From: a virus
Direction: 5' to 3' (one strand)
DNA length: 64,000 nt
Virus record (IMG/VR): IMGVR_UViG_3300021368_000004
Location: 1-64,000 of that record
Shown: in pieces, positions 10,158 through 19,856 of the stretch
Numbering within the stretch: the first letter of the stretch is position 1
Layout of the letters: each line of letters begins with the position of its first letter
Program-made: the position numbers and the translations under genes
Notes under the pieces: generated by a model
Databases searched by the model: none
What the model was told of the DNA's origin: nothing
What the model saw: only the letters and a program-made list of their open reading frames with translations

Positions 10158-11450
10158 CTATAACTCCGCATCAAACGCTAACCAAGCGCTATATGTTCCA
10201 TTGTATCCAAACATTCTTGTTCCATTGCCAGAATTATTACTTCCTGCTTGTATGGAAAGCATAGGATTCTTTGTATCATTATATCCGATACCAAGCGATG
10301 TAACAGCGTTAGTATTACTATGCTGTAATGTAATTCTAAAATCCCCAACTGCAGAATATGTAACTGTAGGACTAGTTCTCATTCTAGTTGGAAGATCTAT
10401 TATAACATACCAAGCTGAGTTTGTAGCAAAGGCAGGCGCTACTCCACAATAATCTGCCAATGTATTAACATCAGTTTTACCTATTCTATAATAGTAATAA
10501 TAACATCTTTGCAATTCTTCTTCATATGATCTATGCTCAAACGCTGTTGCTATTTCTCCTCTTTCAAATTGAGGTAAAGCACATTCAAGGTATTCGCCAG
10601 TAGAAAAGTCACCAGATCCACCACTCGCAAATCCTGGTTGTATTTGCATTGGAGAATTTACATTAAGAGAAGGCCCTGCAGTAAATGTATGAGTCATATA
10701 ATGCCATTGCCCATCAGCTGGTACTGATTCACCTGATAAGAAACAAGAAGTAGAATCACAAAATCTTAATTGCTGTCCTGATTTATTTGTTCTAATCCAT
10801 GCAGACATAGTAAACTTTTGATTTTCATATTCAGTCTTTGTTTGAACTTTTTGGTATGGATGTAAAAAACCAGCAGTACCACCAGCTACTGTTTTTAGAC
10901 TCTTACATTTCACACCATTAGGAAGCGTTACATCATTAATGCTAATAGTAGCAGTTGCACCATTAGCATAACTAAGCCACCCATCTCTAATAAATGTTGC
11001 TGAAGACGCAGATGACGTAACAGTTGTTAGACCACGCTGATTTACTTCAAATGATGCGTTTCGTAACATATTTCTGTTACCAAACATAACACCACCTATT
11101 TTTGCCTCTGTTATAGCTTTAGCCGCAATTTTAGGAGTAGTTACAGCATCGCCTTGTAACATTGCTGTAGTAACACTAGTATCTGCCGGTACTGCTTTTG
11201 TAAATGATCGACTCTGATAAATTACGTAAAAACTATCTGTATTGGCAATAGCCCCAGACATGACAATATTTTGACCAGAAAGCGTATATGCAGTAGTAGG
11301 TTCTTGTCGTACATTATTGACAAAAACTTCTAAATCATTTACATTTGTTACCGCATGATCGAGTGCATAGCTAGTACCACCATTTCCGGTAATAGTTTGC
11401 TTTTCAATCGATTGAAAACCTGCTGGTGGTTTATTGCCAAGCGTTCCCAT
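10158..11450 (-). CDS. Tail fibre protein with carbohydrate-binding-like domain
   Basis: N-terminal VFVNNVRQEP module; GNRNMLRNASFEVNQRG...QFERG..AT.FEHRSY.EEL.RC. Confidence 0.75.
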   Translation of the reverse strand: MGTLGNKPPAGFQSIEKQTITGNGGTSYALDHAVTNVNDLEVFVNNVRQEPTTAYTLSGQNIVMSGAIANTDSFYVIYQSRSFTKAVPADTSVTTAMLQGDAVTTPKIAAKAITEAKIGGVMFGNRNMLRNASFEVNQRGLTTVTSSASSATFIRDGWLSYANGATATISINDVTLPNGVKCKSLKTVAGGTAGFLHPYQKVQTKTEYENQKFTMSAWIRTNKSGQQLRFCDSTSCFLSGESVPADGQWHYMTHTFTAGPSLNVNSPMQIQPGFASGGSGDFSTGEYLECALPQFERGEIATAFEHRSYEEELQRCYYYYYRIGKTDVNTLADYCGVAPAFATNSAWYVIIDLPTRMRTSPTVTYSAVGDFRITLQHSNTNAVTSLGIGYNDTKNPMLSIQAGSNNSGNGTRMFGYNGTYSAWLAFDAEL

Positions 11451-11451
11451 T

Positions 11452-11781
11452 TTATGTTTGCTCCACTATAGACATAATAACATCTACAGAAGTTGCTGCA
11501 GTGCTTTTTGCTTTTACTATATCTCCGGGTTCTAGTATTACTTTTTGCTCTCCACCCATGGGTACAAGCGTACCACCCGGAGCAATTGTACCATTCTTAA
11601 TGATATGATAATCATTGCTCGAAGATGTAATGTAGATATCTAAATTTACATTAGCGTTCGATAAAACATTTGCGGCAGTCATTCCAATAATGATTGTCTT
11701 TGTAGCTGCTGGACACGTGTATAGTGTAACAGCGGAAGTCCCTACGTTTTGTGCAAGTTCGTTTTTAAGTGTATTGGGCAT
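11452..11781 (-). CDS. Small virion structural protein
   Basis: Intact ORF, beta-rich, embedded in the fibre operon. Confidence 0.6.
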   Translation of the reverse strand: MPNTLKNELAQNVGTSAVTLYTCPAATKTIIIGMTAANVLSNANVNLDIYITSSSNDYHIIKNGTIAPGGTLVPMGGEQKVILEPGDIVKAKSTAATSVDVIMSIVEQT

Positions 11782-11783
11782 TT

Positions 11784-11927
11784 TTAACCCCCAAAGATAA
11801 GTGCGTTGAGAAGACTTTCATCTCCAATTTTTACTTCCAGACCTGCTTCTTCCGAATCCCTCAAATTGTCTATATGTTGTTCAGCATGGGTATGGAAGTT
11901 AGTTCCTCTAATTTGCGTAAGTGGCAT
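11784..11927 (-). CDS. Small protein (47 aa)
   Basis: Below the track cutoff. MPLTQIRGTNFHTHAEQHIDNLRDSEEAGLEVKIGDESLLNALIFGG fills the gap exactly; GGAG RBS. Confidence 0.65.
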   Translation of the reverse strand: MPLTQIRGTNFHTHAEQHIDNLRDSEEAGLEVKIGDESLLNALIFGG

Positions 11928-11929
11928 TT

Positions 11930-14900
11930 CTAAGCTCCAATTGTTATTCTTTGTGTTTTTATAGTTGTGTTATTTAGACTCGGTGTTACAAGTAATCTTA
12001 CATTTCCTGAATTTATATCAGCATCAAATTCACCAAGTGAGGAATCTGATGTTACATGATTATATTGTGTCATGAAAACAGTTGTGCCATTATGAGTTAA
12101 CAGTACTTCTGTTGCATGATATTTATTATCTGAATCGATTGCAAGCTCGATAAGATATTTAGATGTTCTATGAGTTGTTGCGCTATATGTATCTGCTACA
12201 TATTGAGTGGATGCTGTACCAATACTCGCTGATCCTGGAGTTAATCCTACGTCAACTAGAGATGCTTTACTAAATGATGATATAACAATCGTATCGTTTG
12301 AGTCGGCATTGTAATCTGCTAGTACTGTTACCGATGTACCATTTGTTGCCGTAAAGTCAAGTCCAGGAGTTAATCTAGAACCGTTAAAGAATACTTCTAG
12401 TTTATCGACATCATAAGAAAGTACATCTCCATTTATATCAGAACCTGAAAATACCAGAGATTCAGGATTTGGCTGATAGATATAATCTTTATGATCTCTT
12501 AATTCTACATTAGTAGATCGTACTACTCTTGTTTCAATAACGTCACCATTTTCAGGTGCGGCAGATAAAGTAAGAACTGAACCAGCTACTGAATATGCAT
12601 CAACATGCTGTGATACACCATTTATCGTTACAAATACATTCTGATCTGCTGTAGGTTCACTAGATAAAGTAAAGGCAGTTGTTGAACTATCACCATTAAA
12701 AGTATTTACTACAACATCAGTGTTTACATTGGAGCTACCACCTCCGCCTCCGCCACCAGAAATTGTAATAGTCTTAGTTCCACCAGTACCGCTTGCCGTT
12801 ACACCCGAACCAACAAAGTTAAGCGTTGTTGCAGCCGTTGAGAGTGAGCTGCCTTCGTCTTGAACTGTAATAGCTGAACCGCCACCACCAGCTCCTTCAC
12901 GAGCTTGAACATATGCTGAGTCTACGGTGTTTTGTATAAGAGTTATTGTTGCGGCTGAATCAACTGTACCGCCACCGCCACCGCCACCTGTAATATCAGT
13001 AAGTAGTGCAATAGTTCCACTAGAATCTGGCAAGTTTATTACATTATCCTTAGTTGGATTAACTGCCTGAATTTTAGTTTCATTGTTATTTGCCGAATCA
13101 CCTTCAAAAGCAATACTAGTAATACTATTAATGTTTTGATCAAGTTCTAAGGTAACATTATTTGCTGCAATGCCAGCATTGATTTGACCAGTAGTTCCTA
13201 AGAAAGTTAATGTTTCTGTTGTAGGATTAAATGTATGTGAACCAGTATTACCGGCTAATCCAAATGTTCCATCACCTTCTCTTGCTTGAACATATGCACT
13301 ATCAACTAGCTGAGTTATTAGAGCAGAATCCATAAATGTATCTGTAATACCATAACCAGCTAATGTAGTTGGTTTACCGGTAATATCTGCCCATGCACCA
13401 CTAAATAATTCACTTTGATTTGCTAGTGGTATCCAGTTACCACCATGAGCAAAATAACCTCTACCAGTTGCGTGAACGTGTGCAAACATACCATGATATG
13501 TCGAGGCACTTGGTAAATCACCGGTTGTAGCATAAACATTAGAGTATGTAATTGTCTTTGAGCCAAAGTCTATATTGTCTAGGCCGATACGTGTTCGAGC
13601 TTGAATATAAGCCGAGTCAATCATATTAGTTGCTTCGGCAGAATCTAGTAACTGATCAAAGTTAAGTTGTCGTGCTTGAACATATGCAGAGTCAATTAAA
13701 GATATTGCCTCGGCCGAATCAAGAAAGGATGTCGTATCTAATCGTGCATTGACCCATGCAGAGTCGACTGTATTACCCGCTAATGTAAGTGAACCATCAA
13801 CGCTTAATCCAACGCCATTTAATAATTGTAATTCATTTGATTTTTGTCTACTAACAATAGTAAACGAACCGTTACCCTTGATGGCAGTTTCTATTAAACC
13901 ATCTTCAGTACCATTTGTAGCATCACTAATTTTACCAGTGACTTTTGCGTATACCTCATCACCTGGTCCGTCTTGCCTACCTTTAAACTGAATCTGACCT
14001 ATATAATCTGCATCAGCAGGAGAAGCACTGTTACGATATAAAATTAATTCTGGACCAGCTGCTGAACCTGCATCTGTTGAAGTAATTGTAAGAGTATTTT
14101 CAAGCTCTTTAGCTCTTAGTACAACGTGAGCACTATCAATCAGATTTATAGCTTCTGCGGAATCTAAGAATAAAGCAGAATTTAATCTAGCATTGACGTA
14201 TGCGGAGTCAATTAGATCTATCGCTTCTGCAGAATCTAAGAATGAAGTTGTATCTAATCTAGCATTTACCCAAGCCGAATCAACAAGTTCGTTATTCAGT
14301 CTTAATTTAGTAACCGACGCAGAATCTGCAATCAAACTACCAGTTACAGTTACACCTAATGCAGTGGTTGCTAATTTTGCTGAGTTCTCAAATAAAAGTG
14401 TAGCAATACCGTTTGAGGCAGAAAAGGCTGTCTGTGACGATCCAGCATCTTGTATTCTAACAGTGCTACCTTGTAACACGAGACTGCCTGTGGTGCTTTT
14501 GACCAAACCGTTTGTGCCACTGTGACTAATCTCCATATCATTGTCAGTACCAAATATCGCTTTTTCATTATCTAGATATTGTACAGTCTTAACATAATTT
14601 GAATCAGCTACATCTAATATAACCGAAGAGTCTATTAGATGTGTATTAACATTAGAAACATCTACCTTTACTTCAGCACCTGTTGTGTGATTTGTAAACC
14701 TAGCAGCACCGTTGTGCTCAGACATAACAATGTTACCAAAAGTAACTGAAGTACCTGAAAGATATAGATCTCTAAATCGTCTTGTTGAGTCACCTAAATC
14801 ATATATTTCAGTTGTAATAGGTATTAGATGCTGGTCTAGATTACCAAACATTGAGTCTAGTATGTTATGAGCTTCAGCAGAATCTAAGAATAATGTATCG

Positions 14901-15388
14901 TCTAATCGTGCATTTACGTATGCGCTATCAACTAAGTTAATTACTTCAGCTGAATCCATGAATAGAGTATCATCTAGTCGTGCATTTACATAGGCCGAAT
15001 CTACTAATTGAATAGCTTCAGCCGAATCTAAAAATAAACTAGTATCCAATCTGGCATTAACATACGCAGAGTCTACTAAGTTAATCGCTTCTGATGAGTC
15101 TAAGAATAACGATCGATCTAATCTAGCGTTGACATAAGCCGAGTCAACGAGATTGATTGCTTCTGCAGAATCTAAATAATCACTATTAATCCTATCATTA
15201 ATATAAGCACTATCGATCATGCTTACGGTTTGACCGGAATCTAAAAATTGTGCTATAGCATTAGAAGAATTTTTATAATATAATTTACCATCAGCAAAGT
15301 TAATTGCCAATTCGCCGTGTTCTAAATCACTCGGTGAAGGATCACTACCTCCGACACCTTTCCTTTTTAGCTTAATTATAGTCGTCAT
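11930..15388 (-). CDS. Long tail fibre protein with DS-rich 24-aa repeats
   Basis: N-terminal IKLKR...L..GELAIN..DGKLYYK fibre anchor; YDLGDSTRRFRDLYLSG; poly-Gly linkers; HVH motif. Confidence 0.85.
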   Translation of the reverse strand: MTTIIKLKRKGVGGSDPSPSDLEHGELAINFADGKLYYKNSSNAIAQFLDSGQTVSMIDSAYINDRINSDYLDSAEAINLVDSAYVNARLDRSLFLDSSEAINLVDSAYVNARLDTSLFLDSAEAIQLVDSAYVNARLDDTLFMDSAEVINLVDSAYVNARLDDTLFLDSAEAHNILDSMFGNLDQHLIPITTEIYDLGDSTRRFRDLYLSGTSVTFGNIVMSEHNGAARFTNHTTGAEVKVDVSNVNTHLIDSSVILDVADSNYVKTVQYLDNEKAIFGTDNDMEISHSGTNGLVKSTTGSLVLQGSTVRIQDAGSSQTAFSASNGIATLLFENSAKLATTALGVTVTGSLIADSASVTKLRLNNELVDSAWVNARLDTTSFLDSAEAIDLIDSAYVNARLNSALFLDSAEAINLIDSAHVVLRAKELENTLTITSTDAGSAAGPELILYRNSASPADADYIGQIQFKGRQDGPGDEVYAKVTGKISDATNGTEDGLIETAIKGNGSFTIVSRQKSNELQLLNGVGLSVDGSLTLAGNTVDSAWVNARLDTTSFLDSAEAISLIDSAYVQARQLNFDQLLDSAEATNMIDSAYIQARTRIGLDNIDFGSKTITYSNVYATTGDLPSASTYHGMFAHVHATGRGYFAHGGNWIPLANQSELFSGAWADITGKPTTLAGYGITDTFMDSALITQLVDSAYVQAREGDGTFGLAGNTGSHTFNPTTETLTFLGTTGQINAGIAANNVTLELDQNINSITSIAFEGDSANNNETKIQAVNPTKDNVINLPDSSGTIALLTDITGGGGGGGTVDSAATITLIQNTVDSAYVQAREGAGGGGSAITVQDEGSSLSTAATTLNFVGSGVTASGTGGTKTITISGGGGGGGSSNVNTDVVVNTFNGDSSTTAFTLSSEPTADQNVFVTINGVSQHVDAYSVAGSVLTLSAAPENGDVIETRVVRSTNVELRDHKDYIYQPNPESLVFSGSDINGDVLSYDVDKLEVFFNGSRLTPGLDFTATNGTSVTVLADYNADSNDTIVISSFSKASLVDVGLTPGSASIGTASTQYVADTYSATTHRTSKYLIELAIDSDNKYHATEVLLTHNGTTVFMTQYNHVTSDSSLGEFDADINSGNVRLLVTPSLNNTTIKTQRITIGA
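14845..15247 (-). repeat. 72-bp (24-aa) tandem repeat, about 5.5 units, FLDSAEAINLVDSAYVNARLDxxL
   Basis: Visible in the translation; further dispersed copies at about 14130-14290, 13600-13770, 13290-13340 and 12900-12970. Confidence 0.85.
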
Positions 15389-15412
15389 AATTCTTCCTTA
15401 AAACACTATTTA

Positions 15413-18400
15413 TTAGTACGTTCCGCCGTCTAAAACCGTAACGGCGACGTGCCCAGCAGTGACAGAGAAGTTAGCGGAATCAAATGATGATACACCAACT
15501 TGACTTTTTGTTGCGTTTATTGCTTTCCATGTCATTGAATTTTGTACATCATCATATGTTAATGTCAATGCAGCATTCGAGTCAACACCGAAAAAGTTAT
15601 CTAAATGATCTTCTACGACTTCTCTTAATGCAACTCCGTTTAAGAATACGGCACTATCAAGTGATGAAAACGGAATATCTAATGGTAAGTTCGGATCCCA
15701 TCTATCTGTAGCAGCGTCAAATATAAATTTTGGTTTTGTACCAGAATATTGTGCACCACCAACCGTAATACCTGCACCGTCTGCGACTGATGAATTAGCT
15801 GCTGAATCTGCAAGAACAAGGTTCTTATCATTTAAAGATACAACTGAGCTATTAACAACTGTCTCAGTACCTTGTACGATAAGATTACCGCGTACAACTA
15901 AATCACCTGAATCACCGACTGGAAATGGATCAATGAATAATTGATTTGAACTATCAGTTGATGATATTGTATTACCGTCGATCTTAACATTATCTACTGT
16001 AAGTGAAGTTAAACCTAATACATCTGAATCTAAATGAACTGTGACTACATTATCTTCAACTCTTGTATTAACGTTAAATCCACCTGCAACTTGTATAGAT
16101 GAATCAAGAAGAGCAACATCACCCGTACCCGCATCAGCACCTATATTCAACGTTGTTGCTAATGGTACAGTACCAACAGAATCAATAAGACCAGATGTAT
16201 TAATTGTAAGAACAGGTATTGCAGTTTGTGATCCGTATACAGCAGAATCTACAACTTGTGGCCTATTGAAATGACCAGCATAAACTGTACCAAATCTAGC
16301 AGTTGATGCACCTAGATCTCTTCGATATCCCTGATTATATAAACTATTTCCACGGCCAAGTGCAGGTACAACATTACCGTCTAAACTAATATTACCAACA
16401 CCTGATAATCCACCAAAGCCACTTCTAAAATCATATGCAGGATCATAAGCAATAAGTGTAATATTTTTTGCAGCAAATTCTGCTTCTGTCGTATGACTGT
16501 CCGCAAGCATCTCAAAATAATGGTCAGTAGTATCATGACGCATTGTTGTTCTACCAGGAACAGGATTACCGTTCCATGTATAACCATTACCAAATACTAA
16601 GTTCTCATTATTATAAAATATTACGCTATCTTCAACATCAATACCATGGCCTGATTTACTGGATAGTTTATCAAACTTTGCAGAGTCAGCTGATAATCCA
16701 CCAGACGTTGCTTGAATATTATTAGCATGCAACGTACCAGAAAAATATCCATCTCTAAATGTATAATAATTAGTAGCAGGTACTAACCCAAGAGAATCAC
16801 CAATATCAAATAATTCGCCAGGAACATATCTAGGTACTACACTACCTTGTACAGCAATTTGTTTAAATCCAGCATTAGCAGTTGAGTTTAACCATATATT
16901 AGTTGAAGTTAAACTAATACCCGTACCAAAGTTGCTTAGTATCATCCAATTGTCAGTTGACTCTTTACCAATGAGTGCATGCGCTGGACTATCGCCAAAA
17001 TAGATAAATTTATCTTTTGGCATCCTTTGGTCGACTTCAACATGTATCTGACTATCTGCGGTATTGAACCGCATCATATCAGCAGTCGCAGCACCTAAGC
17101 TTGTCATAGCGGTAACTGTTAATGCGCTATCAGCGTTATCTCTAATATTAATATGGCTTTGTCCACCAAAAAATCCAAGATCATTGTATAAATTAGTTGA
17201 CTGAAATGGTATAGCCCAACTACCAAAAGATGTAGTACCAACCGTTTCGCCTTTAATTAAACCAGCCTTAAGACCGACATTAGTTAGATCTAATTTGTGA
17301 TTTCCTTGAGCCGAACTGTAACCGTATCTTGTACCGATTGTAATAGTACCGCCGCTATCAGTATTCGGCGCAATAGTCATATTCTGACCAGTACGGCTGT
17401 ATATTGCATCAAATCGTGCAGAGTCAGCTTTTAAAGTACCATAAGTACCAGAATCAGCTTCTACAATTTCAGCTACAACAGTTCCACCTGAATCAACTGA
17501 AATTTCAAATAAGCCGTCCGTATAATCTGCAACACCTAGTTGACTATGAGTTGGCCCTGTCATAGTAACTTTTATACCAGCACCACCTTTTATTACTAAA
17601 TCATTTTGCTCTGTAAATAGTTTATGTTCTGTAGGGCTATTACCTGTTATATCATCTTTAATAGTTAATTCAGCTACATTATTTGTTTGATCAATATGTT
17701 TAACAATACCAAAATCATCTACTGAAATACGAGCATTTGAAGTACCGCCGCCGTAAGTATATAAACCAGGATGACTAGCACCTTTACTAGCAAGATGAGT
17801 AACTTGATGAGTACTATCTAATCGTATATCGATTCCGCTGTCTACTACTTTTGTAATAATACTATTTGAACCAGAAAAGTTAAATACATCACTTAGTAAA
17901 TTTACTGAATCTGCTAATCCACTATCAGCACTTATATTAAGTGTGACTGATGCCGGAGCTGTACCGATACTGTCTATTCTACCAAAGTCATCTACTGTTA
18001 TTATAGGAACAGCAGTTGTAGCACCGTACGTACCGGCTACAACTCCAGACGAATCTAGACTGATTAATAAATTGTTGTTTGTAATTTTTGTGTGAATCTC
18101 ACCGGCTTGACCTTGAAAGTTTAAACCAGAGTCTGCAAGGTTCACTGAGTCTGAACCAGAATCACCTGTAAAGAGAATACCTTGTAATTGATTTAAATTA
18201 TCTACGTATCTCTTTGTTGCCACACCCGAAGAATCGGTAGGATCAACAAGACCAGAAATTTTGTTTGTTGCACCATCTATTACGATATTACCTGATAAAA
18301 GCTGGTCTATCTTTTTATCAGAATCTACAAGGATTGCACTAGAAGCTGTAAGCGTACCCTTGACGTGATCCATCATATCTGTAAAATATGAACCACCGAT

Positions 18401-18571
18401 AACTGTAATAGCAGTTGCACCACCGACACCGTTATCACCTGTACCAATGAATAATCTATCACCCGCGTTACCTTGGGTGCCTGTACCGTAAGCGTATGCT
18501 AATTCTGCTGTTTTAAGTGATGATGGAGCTAAAATACCAGAGGAACGTTTAATTCTAATAATACTTGCCAT
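15413..18571 (-). CDS. Long tail fibre protein
   Basis: IIRIKRS..AELAY..DRLFIG anchor; ATKRYVD; GTYG...VP.ITVD..GRI; GNLIVQGT..VNS...DK..VL; C-terminal LDGGTY. Confidence 0.85.
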   Translation of the reverse strand: MASIIRIKRSSGILAPSSLKTAELAYAYGTGTQGNAGDRLFIGTGDNGVGGATAITVIGGSYFTDMMDHVKGTLTASSAILVDSDKKIDQLLSGNIVIDGATNKISGLVDPTDSSGVATKRYVDNLNQLQGILFTGDSGSDSVNLADSGLNFQGQAGEIHTKITNNNLLISLDSSGVVAGTYGATTAVPIITVDDFGRIDSIGTAPASVTLNISADSGLADSVNLLSDVFNFSGSNSIITKVVDSGIDIRLDSTHQVTHLASKGASHPGLYTYGGGTSNARISVDDFGIVKHIDQTNNVAELTIKDDITGNSPTEHKLFTEQNDLVIKGGAGIKVTMTGPTHSQLGVADYTDGLFEISVDSGGTVVAEIVEADSGTYGTLKADSARFDAIYSRTGQNMTIAPNTDSGGTITIGTRYGYSSAQGNHKLDLTNVGLKAGLIKGETVGTTSFGSWAIPFQSTNLYNDLGFFGGQSHINIRDNADSALTVTAMTSLGAATADMMRFNTADSQIHVEVDQRMPKDKFIYFGDSPAHALIGKESTDNWMILSNFGTGISLTSTNIWLNSTANAGFKQIAVQGSVVPRYVPGELFDIGDSLGLVPATNYYTFRDGYFSGTLHANNIQATSGGLSADSAKFDKLSSKSGHGIDVEDSVIFYNNENLVFGNGYTWNGNPVPGRTTMRHDTTDHYFEMLADSHTTEAEFAAKNITLIAYDPAYDFRSGFGGLSGVGNISLDGNVVPALGRGNSLYNQGYRRDLGASTARFGTVYAGHFNRPQVVDSAVYGSQTAIPVLTINTSGLIDSVGTVPLATTLNIGADAGTGDVALLDSSIQVAGGFNVNTRVEDNVVTVHLDSDVLGLTSLTVDNVKIDGNTISSTDSSNQLFIDPFPVGDSGDLVVRGNLIVQGTETVVNSSVVSLNDKNLVLADSAANSSVADGAGITVGGAQYSGTKPKFIFDAATDRWDPNLPLDIPFSSLDSAVFLNGVALREVVEDHLDNFFGVDSNAALTLTYDDVQNSMTWKAINATKSQVGVSSFDSANFSVTAGHVAVTVLDGGTY

Positions 18572-18789
18572 TAGAAATCACCTCCGTTTAGAGTTATACC
18601 GTTTAATTCTAAAGAGGCTACAAATTTTCCTTGGTCAGAATCGAATACTAATAGCATATTGTCAGCGAGACCTGTTAAGTCTACGTCTGCAAGATTAGTC
18701 ATATTAAGCGCACCCTTAACTCTTTTTATGGGTGTACCAATTACTACTTTAGAAACGTAGTTTCCGCCGCTTACAATTTTAATAGCCAT
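18571..18789 (-). CDS. Small virion protein
   Basis: L.DVD..GL...LLV.D....KF...LNGGDF motif; coupled to both neighbours. Confidence 0.6.
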   Translation of the reverse strand: MAIKIVSGGNYVSKVVIGTPIKRVKGALNMTNLADVDLTGLADNMLLVFDSDQGKFVASLELNGITLNGGDF

Positions 18790-18791
18790 TA

Positions 18792-19142
18792 CTACCTCGT
18801 TACGCTAGGAGACACAATCATTTGTCCCTGTAAAACACGTTCTATGATGGTATCACCGCCGCTATCGACGTATTGCATTTCAACATCATATAAGTATTTT
18901 CCCTTGCGTAACAAATCTGTTTGAGTATTTGTAAGCGAAGCTGTCATGATACCTTTGTCGGCATCACTAACAATAGTGGCCCAATCTATAGTATCTGCGG
19001 AGTCACTATTATAACTCCTTTTCATTTTCATATTAAAAGCGTGACTAGCAATGTTTCTTGGATTGCCATCTTTTTGTACGATATGCATTTCTATCGCAAC
19101 ATCTGACCCTTGATCAATAGTAAAAATTTCTTCTTGTGCCAT
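18792..19142 (-). CDS. BppU-like fibre attachment / structural protein
   Basis: IDQG...MKRSY...LT..QT..L..GKY.YDVE...RVLQG...VSPSVT. Confidence 0.6.
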   Translation of the reverse strand: MAQEEIFTIDQGSDVAIEMHIVQKDGNPRNIASHAFNMKMKRSYNSDSADTIDWATIVSDADKGIMTASLTNTQTDLLRKGKYLYDVEMQYVDSGGDTIIERVLQGQMIVSPSVTR

Positions 19143-19167
19143 GGGGCCCTCTCGTGATATATGGTCT

Positions 19168-19184
19168 TATTTATACTATTTATA
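19168..19184 (-). promoter_or_regulatory. Tandem T4-type late promoters (TATAAATA x2)
   Basis: tatttata at 19168-19175 and 19177-19184, upstream of the fibre operon. Confidence 0.75.
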
Positions 19185-19856
19185 CTTCCAATCTGTCGGC
19201 TTGTTTTGCGAATGTGTGAAATGAATAAACTTAATATCGGGATGCCAGTCACCCATCCAGACATAATCATTGCCAGAAACTTCTTTATATTTTTTTGTTA
19301 TATTCCATTGCCACTTTTTATTTGTTGTATCAGTGTCATCATAACCAGACTTCCATCGTGTAAACCACGCTGCTGGTAATATCTCTAAATCTAATCTCTT
19401 ATTGACCTGATCGAATACAAAATACTGCTCACCATTTACAGGTCCTTTTGTCACTCCATTTTTTATATAATATTGTTGCCAATAATCTACATTTGACATA
19501 AACTCATCGTAAATATATTTACAATCTTTTGGATAGTATTTAAAGAAACCACCATTTAATGTATATTCTGCATAACTATCTCTCCACCAACCAGGCATGG
19601 CGAGAAATTGACCCGGCTGCACCGGATATTCGAATATCTTTTTATAATCATTTTCGAGTAATACATCAATGTCCATAACACATATAGGTTCATCGATATC
19701 TAGTGACATACCATACATTTTATTCCATTGCAATGTTACATCGTCACGGATAGGTTCGCGTACCCAAATAAACTCATATTCAGGTAATTTAGATTCTAAA
19801 TACTTTTCGTATTCAGGACCGTACTTGTCACCAATTCTAACTGTTACTATTTTCAT
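19176..19856 (-). CDS. GT-A fold glycosyltransferase
   Basis: IVTVRIGDKYGPEY, DID (DxD) motif, NGGFFKY, GEQYFV, FIHFTH. Confidence 0.75.
   Translation of the reverse strand: MKIVTVRIGDKYGPEYEKYLESKLPEYEFIWVREPIRDDVTLQWNKMYGMSLDIDEPICVMDIDVLLENDYKKIFEYPVQPGQFLAMPGWWRDSYAEYTLNGGFFKYYPKDCKYIYDEFMSNVDYWQQYYIKNGVTKGPVNGEQYFVFDQVNKRLDLEILPAAWFTRWKSGYDDTDTTNKKWQWNITKKYKEVSGNDYVWMGDWHPDIKFIHFTHSQNKPTDWKYK

Noticed and set aside
1-11450. Diversity-generating retroelement or invertase shufflon acting on the adhesin genes
   Set aside because: No reverse transcriptase or recombinase in the window, no adenine-specific TR/VR pair noticed, and all cassettes are in the same orientation.
14845-15247. 72-bp periodic repeat as a CRISPR array
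   Set aside because: It is an in-frame coding repeat with synonymous variation and no unique spacers or cas genes.
11930-18571. Excess GANTC (CcrM-type) sites as a DNA-level explanation for the DS enrichment
   Set aside because: GAY-TCN does create GANTC, but many DS pairs use AGT/AGC codons and the excess is in-frame and limited to certain proteins, which favours protein-level selection.
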